64,000 bases of DNA from Escherichia coli 042. Its GTDB lineage: Bacteria; Pseudomonadota; Gammaproteobacteria; Enterobacterales; Enterobacteriaceae. This document shows, piece by piece, positions 54,954 through 64,000 of this stretch. The position numbers and the translations under genes were made by a program. The stretch's first letter is position 1, and the number at the start of each line of letters is the position of its first letter. Location of the stretch: NCBI RefSeq assembly GCF_000027125.1, contig NC_017626.1; one strand, 5' to 3'. A model generated the notes under the pieces. That model searched no databases. It saw only the letters and a list, made by a program, of their open reading frames with translations, and was not told the DNA's origin.

Positions 54954-56291
54954 ATGAAGATTTATCGCCCATTATGGGAAGACGGGGCTTTTCTGATGCC
55001 CCAGCAGTTTCAGCAGCAGGCTGCCTGGGATGTTCATCTGGCAGACAGCGTTGCCAGAATGGGGCTGGCGCATCCATGGGGCGTGGTGGCTGCAGAGTTT
55101 GATGACTCTCTGTTACCGCTTTCACGGTTGAATGCCACCCGTCTGATTGTTCGTTTCCCGGACGGAACGCTTATTGATACGGAACGCGCGGATAATCTGC
55201 CTCCGGTCTGTGATTTATCGACGGTTTCTGATCGTTCCCTGGTGGATATTGTGCTGGCACTACCGTTACTGAATGCTAACGGTGGCAACCTTGATAATGG
55301 CAGTGAGAGCGAGCGTCCGCGTCGCTGGAAATCAGAAAGGGTGAATGTGCAGGAGCTGGCCGGGCATGAGCAAAGCGAAGTGGCGGTATTGCGGCATAAC
55401 CTGACTCTGCGCATGGCTCATCAGGAAAATGCTGCCTGGCTGACCTGTCCCGTTACCCGTCTTGTTCGTGATGCACAGGGACAGTGGTGCAGGGACCCGC
55501 GTTTTATTCCCCCTCTGCTGACGCTGTCTGCCAGTCCTTCGCTGATGACTGAACTTGCGGAGTTGCTTCATCACCTGCAGGCGCGTCGCCAGCGACTGAT
55601 GTCCATGCGTCGGGAGAACAATGCCCGTCTTGCGGATTTTGCTGTGGCGGACGTGTCGTTGTTCTGGTTGCTGAATGCCCTGAACAGTGCGGAGCCTGTT
55701 CTGAAAGAGTTGCTTGACATGCCTTACCGCCACCCGGAACTGTTGTACAGGGAGCTTGCCCGGCTGGCAGGCTCCCTGCTCACATTCTCGCTTGAGCATA
55801 ATGTGGATGCGGTTCCGGCATACCATCATGAAACACCTGAAAATGTTTTCCCACCATTGCTTTCTTTGCTGAACCGGCTGCTGGAGGCAAGCCTGCCTTC
55901 CCGTGTGGTTTTCATTGAACTGAAACAAAAGGGTGTGATGTGGGAGGGGGCATTACATGATGCGCGTCTGCGCGAAGGGGCTGATTTCTGGCTTTCAGTG
56001 CGCTCTTCCATGCCCGGGCATGAACTGCAGACGAAGTTTCCGCAGCTATGCAAAGCCGGGAGCCCCGATGATGTGTCTGAGGTGGTGAATGTGGCGCTGA
56101 GCGGGGTCATTATCCGTCCGGTTACGCATGTACCGGCGGCCATTCCGCTCCGGCTGGAAAACCAGTATTTCGCGCTGGATTTAAGTACGGATGCGGCCCG
56201 GGCGATGCTGGACGCGGGGCGTTGTACTTTCTACACCCCGGCATCGCTGGGAGATGTGAAACTGGAACTTTTTGCGGTGCTGCGGACATGA
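54954..56291 (+). CDS. tssK: TssK (ImpJ/VasE) baseplate subunit
   Basis: 445 aa, MKIYRPLWEDGAFLMPQQFQQQAAWDVH..., the typical TssK N-terminus. Confidence 0.92.
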   Translation: MKIYRPLWEDGAFLMPQQFQQQAAWDVHLADSVARMGLAHPWGVVAAEFDDSLLPLSRLNATRLIVRFPDGTLIDTERADNLPPVCDLSTVSDRSLVDIVLALPLLNANGGNLDNGSESERPRRWKSERVNVQELAGHEQSEVAVLRHNLTLRMAHQENAAWLTCPVTRLVRDAQGQWCRDPRFIPPLLTLSASPSLMTELAELLHHLQARRQRLMSMRRENNARLADFAVADVSLFWLLNALNSAEPVLKELLDMPYRHPELLYRELARLAGSLLTFSLEHNVDAVPAYHHETPENVFPPLLSLLNRLLEASLPSRVVFIELKQKGVMWEGALHDARLREGADFWLSVRSSMPGHELQTKFPQLCKAGSPDDVSEVVNVALSGVIIRPVTHVPAAIPLRLENQYFALDLSTDAARAMLDAGRCTFYTPASLGDVKLELFAVLRT

Positions 56292-56941
56292 ATAAACCTG
56301 TTATCTCCCGGGCTGAACAGATTTTTTATCCCGGCTGGCTGATGGTCAGCCAGCTGCGCAGCGGGCAACCGGTTGAGGATGGTAAGGCCCTGTATCGCCG
56401 TGCCTGTCAGCTGGTGAAACAGGCGCGTGAAGAGCTGGCCGAAGCAGGATTCAGTCAGAAAAGCAGTGACATCATGTTGTATGCCTTCTGCGCCCTGCTG
56501 GACGAGAGTGTACTGAACCGCGAAAAAACAGACGATGGCTGGCGCACCTGGCAGCAGGACCCGCTGCAGGCTCATTTTTTTGGTACGCTCAATGCCGGTG
56601 AAGAGCTCTGGGAGCGTATTCGTGAACAACTGAAATTACCAGCGCCGGATGTGGCGGTACTGACATGCCTCTGCCGTACGCTTCAGCTCGGTTTTACCGG
56701 TCAGTACCGGTCGCAGGATGATGAGCGTCGCGAAGATGTAATACGCGCACTGACAGCGCGTGTTCCTGCATTTACTTTCGCACAGGATGCGCCGGTGGTG
56801 GTGCGTGCACCGGGTTACCGTGCTGGCAGAACGATGTACTGGTTGTCATGGGGGGCGGGTATTGTGACGCTGGCTGGTCTCTGGTGTGTGCTTTCTTCTG
56901 TGCTTGCAGACCAGGTGGCACGGCTTACCGGGCAGGGATAA
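56288..56941 (+). CDS. tssL: TssL (DotU/ImpK) membrane-complex subunit
   Basis: The ATG at 56288 overlaps the tssK stop (ATGA). 217 aa with a DotU-type cytoplasmic domain plus one C-terminal TM segment (WLSWGAGIVTLAGLWCVLSSVL). Confidence 0.9.
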   Translation: MNKPVISRAEQIFYPGWLMVSQLRSGQPVEDGKALYRRACQLVKQAREELAEAGFSQKSSDIMLYAFCALLDESVLNREKTDDGWRTWQQDPLQAHFFGTLNAGEELWERIREQLKLPAPDVAVLTCLCRTLQLGFTGQYRSQDDERREDVIRALTARVPAFTFAQDAPVVVRAPGYRAGRTMYWLSWGAGIVTLAGLWCVLSSVLADQVARLTGQG

Positions 56942-56943
56942 CC

Positions 56944-58674
56944 ATGCACGTACGTTCCCGTCTCTGGCTGACAATACTGAGTCTGTTCCTGACACTGTGG
57001 CTGATTTCGGGATTCCTGCCGCTGTCTGCAGTAAACCAGATAATACTGACCCTGGTTTCAGTTGTGGCGGCGGGGCTTGTGCTGTGGTACCAGTGGCGTT
57101 GTCTGTCTTCCCGTCGTGATATCCCGGAGAAGGCCGGCGATGACGGTCTGCCGCCTGAGTATTTTCAGGGACATGTGCTGCTTGTTGCCGGAAACTCAGA
57201 TGCGTGGTTCGAACCCGGTCAGGCATACCGGGAAACAGCATCGGGATGGTATCTTCGTGTGGATACGCCGGAGCAGATGAGAATACTGGCAGAACGGTTG
57301 TCGTACAGCCGTCCGGCCCTGTGTGGCCAGGTCGTGGTCATGCTGGGACTTTTACCGGAGCAGCATACCTCAGATGAAGCTTTCCTGTCGTGGTTGCGGA
57401 ACTGGCAGCGTGCAGTCATGCAGTGCCGGCAGTGGCTGAATACCACGCCACCGGTGCTGGTTACATTGATGGTTTCAGAGCCGTCACCACAAAACACATC
57501 CTTAAATAAGCACTCTACACACTGGTTTACACTGACACCGGACCTGCCGGGAATGCATATACGCCTGACGGAAGCCGGAGCAATTCCGGCAGAGGAATGG
57601 CTGCAGGCGTGTGATGCAGCGTCCAGGCTCCGGTGCGTCAGTGAACTGTTATGGCTGAATGCCATGTTGTCCTGGTACAACCGGGTTACTGATGCCCTGA
57701 CAGCTATTTGCCGGCAGGAGCACTTTTATTTCCGGCCGGTTGCCGTTGGATTCTGTCTGACGTCGGTTGCGGCCCGCCCCGGTAATCTCTGGCAACAACA
57801 ACTGACGTCCCTCACTGCATTGCCACCGCCTGCCGGCGTGTCATCACAGGTATTGCCGTTGCCGGATATTCTGCTGTCCGGTATTCCCCGTCATCGTGGA
57901 CTCAGTCACTGGCACAGACTTTGTCGCCAGACGGGGGCGATTGTCGGTGTTTTTCTTCTGCTGGCTATGCTGGCGTCTTTTATGAATAACCAGCGGCTGG
58001 TTCGCAGCGTGGGGGAACACCTGACGGCCTGGCACCGGATGCGCGGATATTCATCTGAATCGAAAACAACAGCACTGCAACGTCTTCAGGCTGACAGCCA
58101 GTTACTGAACGACTGGCAGCAACGTGGTGTGCCACAGCGTTACGGACTGGGATTGTATCAGGGAATGTGGCTGATACCGCCGGTTGAGCGTGCGACTGGT
58201 GAGTGGGTTGCACCACGGCCTCCCCGTCCGGTGATACAGAAAGTTACTCAGACGCCGAAAACGGTTCGCCTTAACAGCCTGGCACTGTTTGATGCCGGTA
58301 AATGGACGCTGAAGCCGGGCGCCACAAAATGGCTGGTGAATGCCCTGGTGGATATTAAGGCAAAAGCAGGCTGGCTGATTGTGGTCAGTGGTCACACGGA
58401 TAATACCGGTGACCCGCTGCGCAACCAGGCCTTGTCCCTGAAGCGTGCAGAGGCCGTTCGCGACTGGATGCGGGATACCGGCGATATTCCCCAAAGCTGT
58501 TTTGCCGTACAGGGATACGGTGAAAGCCGCCCTGTGGCCCCGAATGACACGGCGGAAGGCCGTGCGCGTAACCGCCGTGTTGAAATCAGTCTGGTACCGC
58601 AGGCCGATGCCTGTCGTCTGCCGGACGTTTCCCCTGCGCCGGAAGAGGGCGCATCAGAAAACATAACGGAGTAA
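56944..58674 (+). CDS. tagL: TagL (SciZ-like) peptidoglycan-anchoring accessory protein
   Basis: The ATG at 56944 lies 2 nt after the tssL stop. 576 aa with three predicted TM helices and a C-terminal OmpA/MotB peptidoglycan-binding motif, GHTDNTGDPLRNQALSLKRAEAVRDW...NRRVEI. Confidence 0.85.
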   Translation: MHVRSRLWLTILSLFLTLWLISGFLPLSAVNQIILTLVSVVAAGLVLWYQWRCLSSRRDIPEKAGDDGLPPEYFQGHVLLVAGNSDAWFEPGQAYRETASGWYLRVDTPEQMRILAERLSYSRPALCGQVVVMLGLLPEQHTSDEAFLSWLRNWQRAVMQCRQWLNTTPPVLVTLMVSEPSPQNTSLNKHSTHWFTLTPDLPGMHIRLTEAGAIPAEEWLQACDAASRLRCVSELLWLNAMLSWYNRVTDALTAICRQEHFYFRPVAVGFCLTSVAARPGNLWQQQLTSLTALPPPAGVSSQVLPLPDILLSGIPRHRGLSHWHRLCRQTGAIVGVFLLLAMLASFMNNQRLVRSVGEHLTAWHRMRGYSSESKTTALQRLQADSQLLNDWQQRGVPQRYGLGLYQGMWLIPPVERATGEWVAPRPPRPVIQKVTQTPKTVRLNSLALFDAGKWTLKPGATKWLVNALVDIKAKAGWLIVVSGHTDNTGDPLRNQALSLKRAEAVRDWMRDTGDIPQSCFAVQGYGESRPVAPNDTAEGRARNRRVEISLVPQADACRLPDVSPAPEEGASENITE

Positions 58675-58679
58675 TTTTT

Positions 58680-59171
58680 ATGGCAATTCCAGTTTATCTG
58701 TGGCTGAAAGATGATGGCGGTGCAGATATCAAAGGGTCCGTGGATGTTCAGGACCGTGAGGGCAGCATTGAGGTGGTGGCTCAGGAGCACTGCCTCTACA
58801 TCCCGACGGATAACAATACCGGTAAGCTGACCGGTACCCGTATTCACACGCCGTTTCTGTTTACCAAGGAAATTGATTCTTCCAGCCCGTACCTTTACAA
58901 GGCCGTGACCACCGGGCAGACCCTGAAGTCTGCTGAGTTTAAGTGGTACAAAATCAATGATGCCGGTCAGGAGGTGGAGTATTTCAATACGAAGCTTGAG
59001 AACGTGAAGGTGGTGAAGGTTAACCCGGTCATGCACGACATCAAGAATCCCGCTTACGAGAAGCATAACCACCTTGAGCAGGTGGAACTGCGCTACGAGA
59101 AAATCACCTGGACTTACAAGGACGGCAACATCATTCATTCCGACGCATGGAGTGAGCGTACCACCGCGTAA
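58680..59171 (+). CDS. hcp: Hcp (TssD) inner tube protein
   Basis: 163 aa, MAIPVYLWLKDDGGADIKGSVDVQDREGSIEVV... Confidence 0.95.
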   Translation: MAIPVYLWLKDDGGADIKGSVDVQDREGSIEVVAQEHCLYIPTDNNTGKLTGTRIHTPFLFTKEIDSSSPYLYKAVTTGQTLKSAEFKWYKINDAGQEVEYFNTKLENVKVVKVNPVMHDIKNPAYEKHNHLEQVELRYEKITWTYKDGNIIHSDAWSERTTA

Positions 59172-59179
59172 TTCTGCCG

Positions 59180-59216
59180 GACGGACAGGGCATCCTGTCC
59201 GTCATTTTTATTTTTT
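59180..59216 (+). terminator. Strong intrinsic terminator after hcp
   Basis: gacggacagg-gcat-cctgtccgtc (10-bp perfect stem) followed by atttttatttttt. Confidence 0.7.
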
Positions 59217-59330
59217 CTTCAGCATCTGTTGGCGGGTGCTGAAGAAAGAATTCTCAATCCTGAACACAGACCTGATGCGCCTGGGTTACGGCGAAGGGCG
59301 GTAGCGTGCCTGACGGTCTCCTGACAGTGA

Positions 59331-61997
59331 GTGAATAACATGGAAAATTCGGCAGCCCTGTTACGTCGTCTTAATCATTACTGTGCCCGTGCACTGGAAG
59401 GCGCAGCCTCCCTTTGCCAGACCCGGGCCCATGCGGAAATCACCCCGGAGCACTGGTTACTGAAACTGCTGGAGCAGGGGGAAGGAGACCTTACCGTGCT
59501 GGGCAGGCGTTATGACTGGGATATGGACGCGATATGGCAGTCGCTGCTCGGCTGGCTGGATAACCAGCCCCGTAGCGTACGCAGTCGCCCGCAGCTTGCG
59601 CAGTCCCTGAATGCTCTGCTGAAACAGGCCTGGATGGTGGCCTCATTACAGGGAGAAGAACATATCCGCAGCGTGCATCTGCTGGGTGCCCTGACGGAAA
59701 ATCCGCACCTGGTTCGCTGTGACGGGCTGTGGCCTCTGCTGACACTGAGTCAGAGCCAGTTGCAGCGTCTGTCCCCGCTGCTGGATGCGCAGTCTGATGA
59801 GTGTCCGGAGACGTTACAGGATGCAGAGCCTGTGCTGCCTCAGGGAGACAGTGTGACCTTTATCGGGCGCCCTGTCGGTGCGGATACGGCAGGTATACCG
59901 TCAGGTGACCTGCCGCCGGTGTTACAGGGTGCGCTGGATAAATTCACCCGGGACATCACGGCCAGCGCGAGAGAGGGGAAAATTGACCCGGTATCGGGAC
60001 GCGATACGGAAATCCGTCAGATGGTGGATATTCTCTCCCGCCGTCGCAAGAATAACCCGATTCTGGTGGGGGACCCCGGTGTGGGGAAAACGGCTCTGGT
60101 GGAAGGGCTCGCCCTGCGTATTGTGGAAGGTAACGTACCAGAATCTCTCAGACCCGTCACCCTGCGCACCCTTGACCTCGGCCTGCTGCAGGCCGGTGCC
60201 GGCGTGAAAGGTGAATTTGAACAGCGTCTGAAAAACGTGATTGATGCCGTGCAGCTGTCACCGGCTCCTGTACTGCTGTTTATAGATGAAGCCCATACCC
60301 TTATCGGTGCCGGTAATCAGGCCGGTGGCGCGGATGCGGCCAACCTGCTGAAGCCTGCGCTGGCGCGAGGCGAACTGCGCACCATTGCTGCCACCACCTG
60401 GTCTGAGTACAAACAATACCTGGAACGTGACGCGGCTCTGGAGCGGCGTTTTCAGATGGTCAAAGTGGACGAGCCGGATGATGAGACGGCCTGTCTGATG
60501 CTGCGCTCCCTGAAATCCCGTTATGCGGAACATCATAACGTGCATATCACCGATGAGGCAGTACGTGCTGCCGTCACACTCTCGCGCCGTTATCTGACAG
60601 AACGTCAGTTACCGGACAAGGCCGTTGACCTGCTTGATACTGCTGCTGCCCGTGTGCGGATGAGCCTCGACACGGTGCCGGAACAGCTGACCCGAATCCG
60701 TTCACAGCTCGCTTCCCTCGGTATGGAAAAACAGGCACTGCTGGAAGATATTGCCGTTGGTCATCAGAATCACGGCGAACGCCTGTCTGCCATTGAGCAG
60801 GAAGAGAACGTGCTGATGACAGCACGTGATGACCTGGAGCAGCAGTACGCCCGTGAGTGCGAACTCACCGGTGAGTTACTTGAAAGCCGCAGCGATATTT
60901 CCCGCCAGAGTGAGACACATCACCTGCAGCAGGCACTGCACGACATTCAGCAGAATCAGCCCCTGCTCAGTGTGGATGTTGACGTACGCACCGTTGCCGG
61001 TGTGGTCGCGGACTGGACCGGAGTGCCGTTATCCTCACTGATGAAGGATGAACAGACGGAACTGCTGCATCTGGAAAAGGATATCGGCAGACGGGTGGTC
61101 GGACAGGACGTGGCACTGGAATCCATTGCACAGCGTCTGCGTGCGGCGAAAACGGGTCTGACATCCGGTAACGGCCCCCAGGAGGTGTTCCTGCTGGTCG
61201 GCCCCAGTGGTGTGGGAAAAACCGAAACGGCACTGGCGCTGGCAGATGTGATGTACGGCGGCGAAAAATCACTGATTACCATCAATCTGTCGGAATATCA
61301 GGAGCCCCATACGGTTTCCCAGCTTAAGGGTTCACCGCCCGGGTACGTGGGATACGGTCAGGGGGGTATTCTGACGGAAGCTGTACGTAAGCGCCCTTAC
61401 AGCGTGGTGCTGCTGGATGAAGTGGAAAAGGCCCACCGGGATGTGCTGAATCTGTTCTACCAGGTGTTTGACCGGGGCTTTATGCGCGACGGTGAGGGGC
61501 GTGAAATTGACTTCCGTAATACGGTCATTCTGATGACCTCCAATCTGGGCAGTGACCTTCTGATGCAGCAACTGAGCGAAAAGCCGGAGACAACGGAATC
61601 GGAGCTGCATGAGCTTATCCGTCCACTGCTGCGCGACCACTTCCAGCCAGCACTGCTTGCCCGTTTCCAGACCGTGATTTACCGTCCGCTGACACCGTCT
61701 GCTATGCGCACCATTGTGGAGATGAAGCTTGCACAGGTCTGCGAACGCCTGCACTGCCATTATGGGCTGAGCACATCGGTTGATGAACGTGTGTACGATG
61801 CCCTGACATCCGCCTGCCTGCTGCCGGATACGGGCGCCCGGAATGTGGAGAGTCTGCTGAACCAGCAACTGCTGCCGGTACTGAGCCGGCAGTTGCTGAG
61901 CCATATGGCCGCGAAGCAGAAACCGCAGGCGCTGGCTCTGGCATGGAGTGACGAAGACGGTATGGTGATTGAGCTGCGGCAGGAATGCGCGTTATGA
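59331..61997 (+). CDS. clpV: ClpV (TssH) AAA+ sheath-recycling ATPase
   Basis: 888 aa from the GTG at 59331 (in-frame ATG at 59340). Two AAA+ modules with Walker A motifs GDPGVGKT and GPSGVGKT, plus a Clp-N-like N-domain. Confidence 0.95.
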   Translation: MNNMENSAALLRRLNHYCARALEGAASLCQTRAHAEITPEHWLLKLLEQGEGDLTVLGRRYDWDMDAIWQSLLGWLDNQPRSVRSRPQLAQSLNALLKQAWMVASLQGEEHIRSVHLLGALTENPHLVRCDGLWPLLTLSQSQLQRLSPLLDAQSDECPETLQDAEPVLPQGDSVTFIGRPVGADTAGIPSGDLPPVLQGALDKFTRDITASAREGKIDPVSGRDTEIRQMVDILSRRRKNNPILVGDPGVGKTALVEGLALRIVEGNVPESLRPVTLRTLDLGLLQAGAGVKGEFEQRLKNVIDAVQLSPAPVLLFIDEAHTLIGAGNQAGGADAANLLKPALARGELRTIAATTWSEYKQYLERDAALERRFQMVKVDEPDDETACLMLRSLKSRYAEHHNVHITDEAVRAAVTLSRRYLTERQLPDKAVDLLDTAAARVRMSLDTVPEQLTRIRSQLASLGMEKQALLEDIAVGHQNHGERLSAIEQEENVLMTARDDLEQQYARECELTGELLESRSDISRQSETHHLQQALHDIQQNQPLLSVDVDVRTVAGVVADWTGVPLSSLMKDEQTELLHLEKDIGRRVVGQDVALESIAQRLRAAKTGLTSGNGPQEVFLLVGPSGVGKTETALALADVMYGGEKSLITINLSEYQEPHTVSQLKGSPPGYVGYGQGGILTEAVRKRPYSVVLLDEVEKAHRDVLNLFYQVFDRGFMRDGEGREIDFRNTVILMTSNLGSDLLMQQLSEKPETTESELHELIRPLLRDHFQPALLARFQTVIYRPLTPSAMRTIVEMKLAQVCERLHCHYGLSTSVDERVYDALTSACLLPDTGARNVESLLNQQLLPVLSRQLLSHMAAKQKPQALALAWSDEDGMVIELRQECAL

Positions 61998-62560
61998 CCG
62001 GCTATGGCAGAAATCAGGACGCTGGCGCAGGTAAAAATCAAAGGGAAGAAGGCTCATTGCGGTTACTGACGCCGGGAGAGATTGCGCTGGCGAGGCTGGT
62101 ATTCAGGTTGACAATCCCTTATGAAAAGGTCTGGATCCACCATGACAGTTTTCTGCCTTTTGGTCTTCAGAATAAGCAAACTGCCATGCCCCCCGATGGT
62201 AAGATTTATTTCCGTGAGCACTATCGGGATGATTATTCACTCAGCGTTCCCTTTTATCAGCATATGTTTATTCATGAAATGGCGCATGTCTGGCAGCGTG
62301 AAAAGGGAATGAATGTCATCGGTCGGGGGATGTTCAGTTGGGCGGTGAATTACCGTTATGTTCTGGACGGGCGTCTGTTAAGCGAATATCCCATGGAGCA
62401 GCAGGCACAAATTATTGCTGATCATTTTACTTTGCAGGCTGAAGGATACGGGACATGGTGTGATATGAGAAGGGACGGTGATATCACACTGGACGGAAAT
62501 ATGTCTGAGTATGTTATTCGCAGCCTGTATACCAGCACGTTGCGGGGGTTCCCATGGTAA
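61994..62560 (+). CDS. Uncharacterised HExxH (zinc-metallopeptidase-motif) protein, T6SS-linked
   Basis: The ATG at 61994 overlaps the clpV stop (ATGA); an alternative ATG is at 61985. 188 aa with no signal peptide. Single HExxH motif in ...FYQHMFIHEMAHVWQREKG.... Confidence 0.75.
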   Translation: MTGYGRNQDAGAGKNQREEGSLRLLTPGEIALARLVFRLTIPYEKVWIHHDSFLPFGLQNKQTAMPPDGKIYFREHYRDDYSLSVPFYQHMFIHEMAHVWQREKGMNVIGRGMFSWAVNYRYVLDGRLLSEYPMEQQAQIIADHFTLQAEGYGTWCDMRRDGDITLDGNMSEYVIRSLYTSTLRGFPW

Positions 62561-63096
62561 AAATAAGAGCCTTTCGTTATCGTTCTGCTTTACTGCTCTG
62601 TCTGACGTTACTGACAGGATGCCCCGGACGCGGGGATTATTATCGGTTTGATGAAACAGTAACGGTCAGCACAAGAGGCGACAATGTGTGTTTCAGTGTC
62701 CCGGAGCCAGAGGACTACCAGCCAGTCAGCGTTTCCATCGCTCCACGGGGAACCCGATTCAGGGAGCGGCAAATTACATCTGAACCCTCGCTTCGTATCG
62801 TGAACGGCCAGCTGTGCATTCCGCCTTCATTCTGTCTTTTTCCTGATAAAGGCCAGTTCATTGTCAGGTCTGTTCTGCACTCTGAGCGCGATAAGGACAC
62901 ACCGCGCATCATGGTTGCCGGCATAGAGATTGCCGACGGGTGTATTTTCGATATCCCGCTTAATGACATGGAGGTCGTGAGGCCATACGGTGAGCTGAAA
63001 AGCAGTAATGTTCAGACTGACCAGAGCGAACGTCATGGTCCCTGCAAATACCCTTTCAGAGCTGTTCGTGGAGTGATAAATCATGAATCTCACTGA
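62554..63096 (+). CDS. Lipoprotein, T6SS-linked (candidate immunity protein)
   Basis: The ATG at 62554 overlaps the previous stop (ATGGTAA). 180 aa. Signal peptide plus lipobox, MVKIRAFRYRSALLLCLTLLTG|C. Confidence 0.75.
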   Translation: MVKIRAFRYRSALLLCLTLLTGCPGRGDYYRFDETVTVSTRGDNVCFSVPEPEDYQPVSVSIAPRGTRFRERQITSEPSLRIVNGQLCIPPSFCLFPDKGQFIVRSVLHSERDKDTPRIMVAGIEIADGCIFDIPLNDMEVVRPYGELKSSNVQTDQSERHGPCKYPFRAVRGVINHESH

Positions 63097-64000
63097 CTCC
63101 CTGCAAAATGTTTTATCCGGGGTGGGAACCCTGAACCGCTACAGACTGGATATACCTTCCTGCCCGTCATCGCTGGATGTTGAAGATTTCAGCGGAACTG
63201 AAGGCATAAGTAAGATTTACCGGTATGACATCATTTTTACCAGTACGGACAGGTATCCTGATGCTGCCTGGTTCCTGCGTAAATCCGCAACCCTGATAAT
63301 GGGAACCGGATTACTGGAAAGCCTGACTGAACAGAAAAAAGTGCACGGTGTTATTACTGATTTCAGACGTATTTCTGGCTCTGAGGACCAGGCACAATAC
63401 CGGATCACACTTAAACCTTTCATTTCCCTGCTGGATAAACAGTTCCGTACACACCGTTTTTTCGTTAATAAATCAGTGCCTGAGGTGGTGGAGCAAATCC
63501 TGACGGAACACGGGCTGAAAGGCTGGGAGTATGAGTTCAGCCTCAAAAGGACATATCCGAAGCGCGAACAGATTAACCAGTATCAGGAAAGCGATCTGAG
63601 ATTTATCCAGCGCCTGCTGGCAGAAGTGGGCATTTTTTACTTCTTTACGTTGCACCCGGATGCGCAGACAGAGGTGATCCACTTCGGTGACGTCCAGGCG
63701 GCGTTGATATTTGATAAAACACTGCCCGTTAACAGCCCGTCCGGTATGAGTGACAGTGGCACAGACTCAGTATGGGCATTGAATGTGGAGCACCGGGTGG
63801 TGGAAAGCCGTGTTATCACGAACGACTATAACCACCGCGAGGCCCAGAACATACTGATGTCCGTACCGGCGGACATGACCCGTGGAGAAGGTTACGACAC
63901 CAGTTATGGCGAGGTTTATCATTACCGGCCACGCCATACAGAAAGGGGCGATAAAATTGACCCTGCGCCGGAGACGGCTAACTTCTGGGCCCGGCTCGAT
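63083..64000 (+). CDS. vgrG: VgrG (TssI) spike protein, N-terminal 306 aa (runs off window end)
   Basis: Not in the ORF track because no stop falls in the window. Manual translation from the ATG at 63083 gives MNLTDSLQNVLSGVGTLNRYRLDIPSCPSSLDVEDFSGTEGISKIYRYDIIF...QYQESDLRFIQRLLAEVGIFYFF..., a gp27-like VgrG signature. Open to base 64000. Confidence 0.9.
   Translation, partial: MNLTDSLQNVLSGVGTLNRYRLDIPSCPSSLDVEDFSGTEGISKIYRYDIIFTSTDRYPDAAWFLRKSATLIMGTGLLESLTEQKKVHGVITDFRRISGSEDQAQYRITLKPFISLLDKQFRTHRFFVNKSVPEVVEQILTEHGLKGWEYEFSLKRTYPKREQINQYQESDLRFIQRLLAEVGIFYFFTLHPDAQTEVIHFGDVQAALIFDKTLPVNSPSGMSDSGTDSVWALNVEHRVVESRVITNDYNHREAQNILMSVPADMTRGEGYDTSYGEVYHYRPRHTERGDKIDPAPETANFWARLD

Larger units (their letters stand above)
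31661..64000. mobile_element. pheU-associated genomic island (partial; continues past window end)
   Basis: It starts at the tRNA-Phe fragment. Everything to the right is accessory content (CP4-like genes, Ag43, T6SS) absent from the K-12 cadC-pheU-yjdC interval. The integrase and intact pheU are expected beyond 64000. Confidence 0.85.

Noticed and set aside
58392-59138. 248-aa minus-strand ORF spanning the tagL/hcp junction, and the 190-aa minus-strand ORF at 61332-61904 in clpV
   Set aside because: Both are antisense to unmistakable T6SS core genes and cross a gene boundary. They are shadow ORFs.
1-64000. Search for IS elements, transposases, integrases, rRNA and CRISPR arrays
   Set aside because: No ORF in the six-frame track resembles a DDE transposase or an intact tyrosine/serine recombinase. 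I noticed no long terminal inverted repeats, rRNA-like sequence or regularly spaced repeats.

Overview
Escherichia coli chromosome; all identifications come from reading the ORF translations and recalling protein families and K-12 gene order. No alignment, database search or GC calculation was possible. Bases 1-31660 are core genome, collinear with the K-12 93-94 min segment: crfC'(3' end)-yjcZ-proP-pmrR-basS-basR-eptA-adiC-adiY-adiA-melR-melA-[melB absent]-yjdF-fumB-dcuB-dcuR-dcuS-yjdI-yjdJ-ghoS-ghoT-lysU-dtpC-cadA-cadB-cadC, followed by a P4-type integrase remnant. At 31661-31682 a 22-nt copy of the 3' end of tRNA-Phe (pheU/pheV) marks the distal att repeat of a large pheU-inserted genomic island. 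The island fills the rest of the window and is not closed; no integrase or intact tRNA is in view. It has four parts. (i) An integrase-less CP4-44/CP4-57-like module on the minus strand: DUF4942, YeeW-like, CbtA/CbeA TA, YeeT, RadC/YeeS, KlcA-type antirestriction, DUF932, DUF905, a small exported protein, a long YeeR, Ag43/flu with its 3xGATC switch, and a YeeP-like GTPase. (ii) A variable cargo slot between that GTPase and alpA, holding two proteins I cannot place and a 1.5-kb AT-rich ORF-poor tract. (iii) A plus-strand block: Hha paralogue, Gp2-family protein, two tandem zinc-ribbon paralogues and hypotheticals. (iv) The 5' half of a type VI secretion cluster, tssB-tssC-tssK-tssL-tagL-hcp-clpV-[HExxH protein]-[lipoprotein]-vgrG', resembling the EAEC sci-1 (T6SS-1) cluster, with a sigma70 promoter studded with three GATC sites. 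The best candidates for something undescribed are the translationally chained HExxH/lipoprotein pair between clpV and vgrG and the alpA-to-GTPase cargo slot. I saw no rRNA, intact tRNA, CRISPR array or IS transposase.
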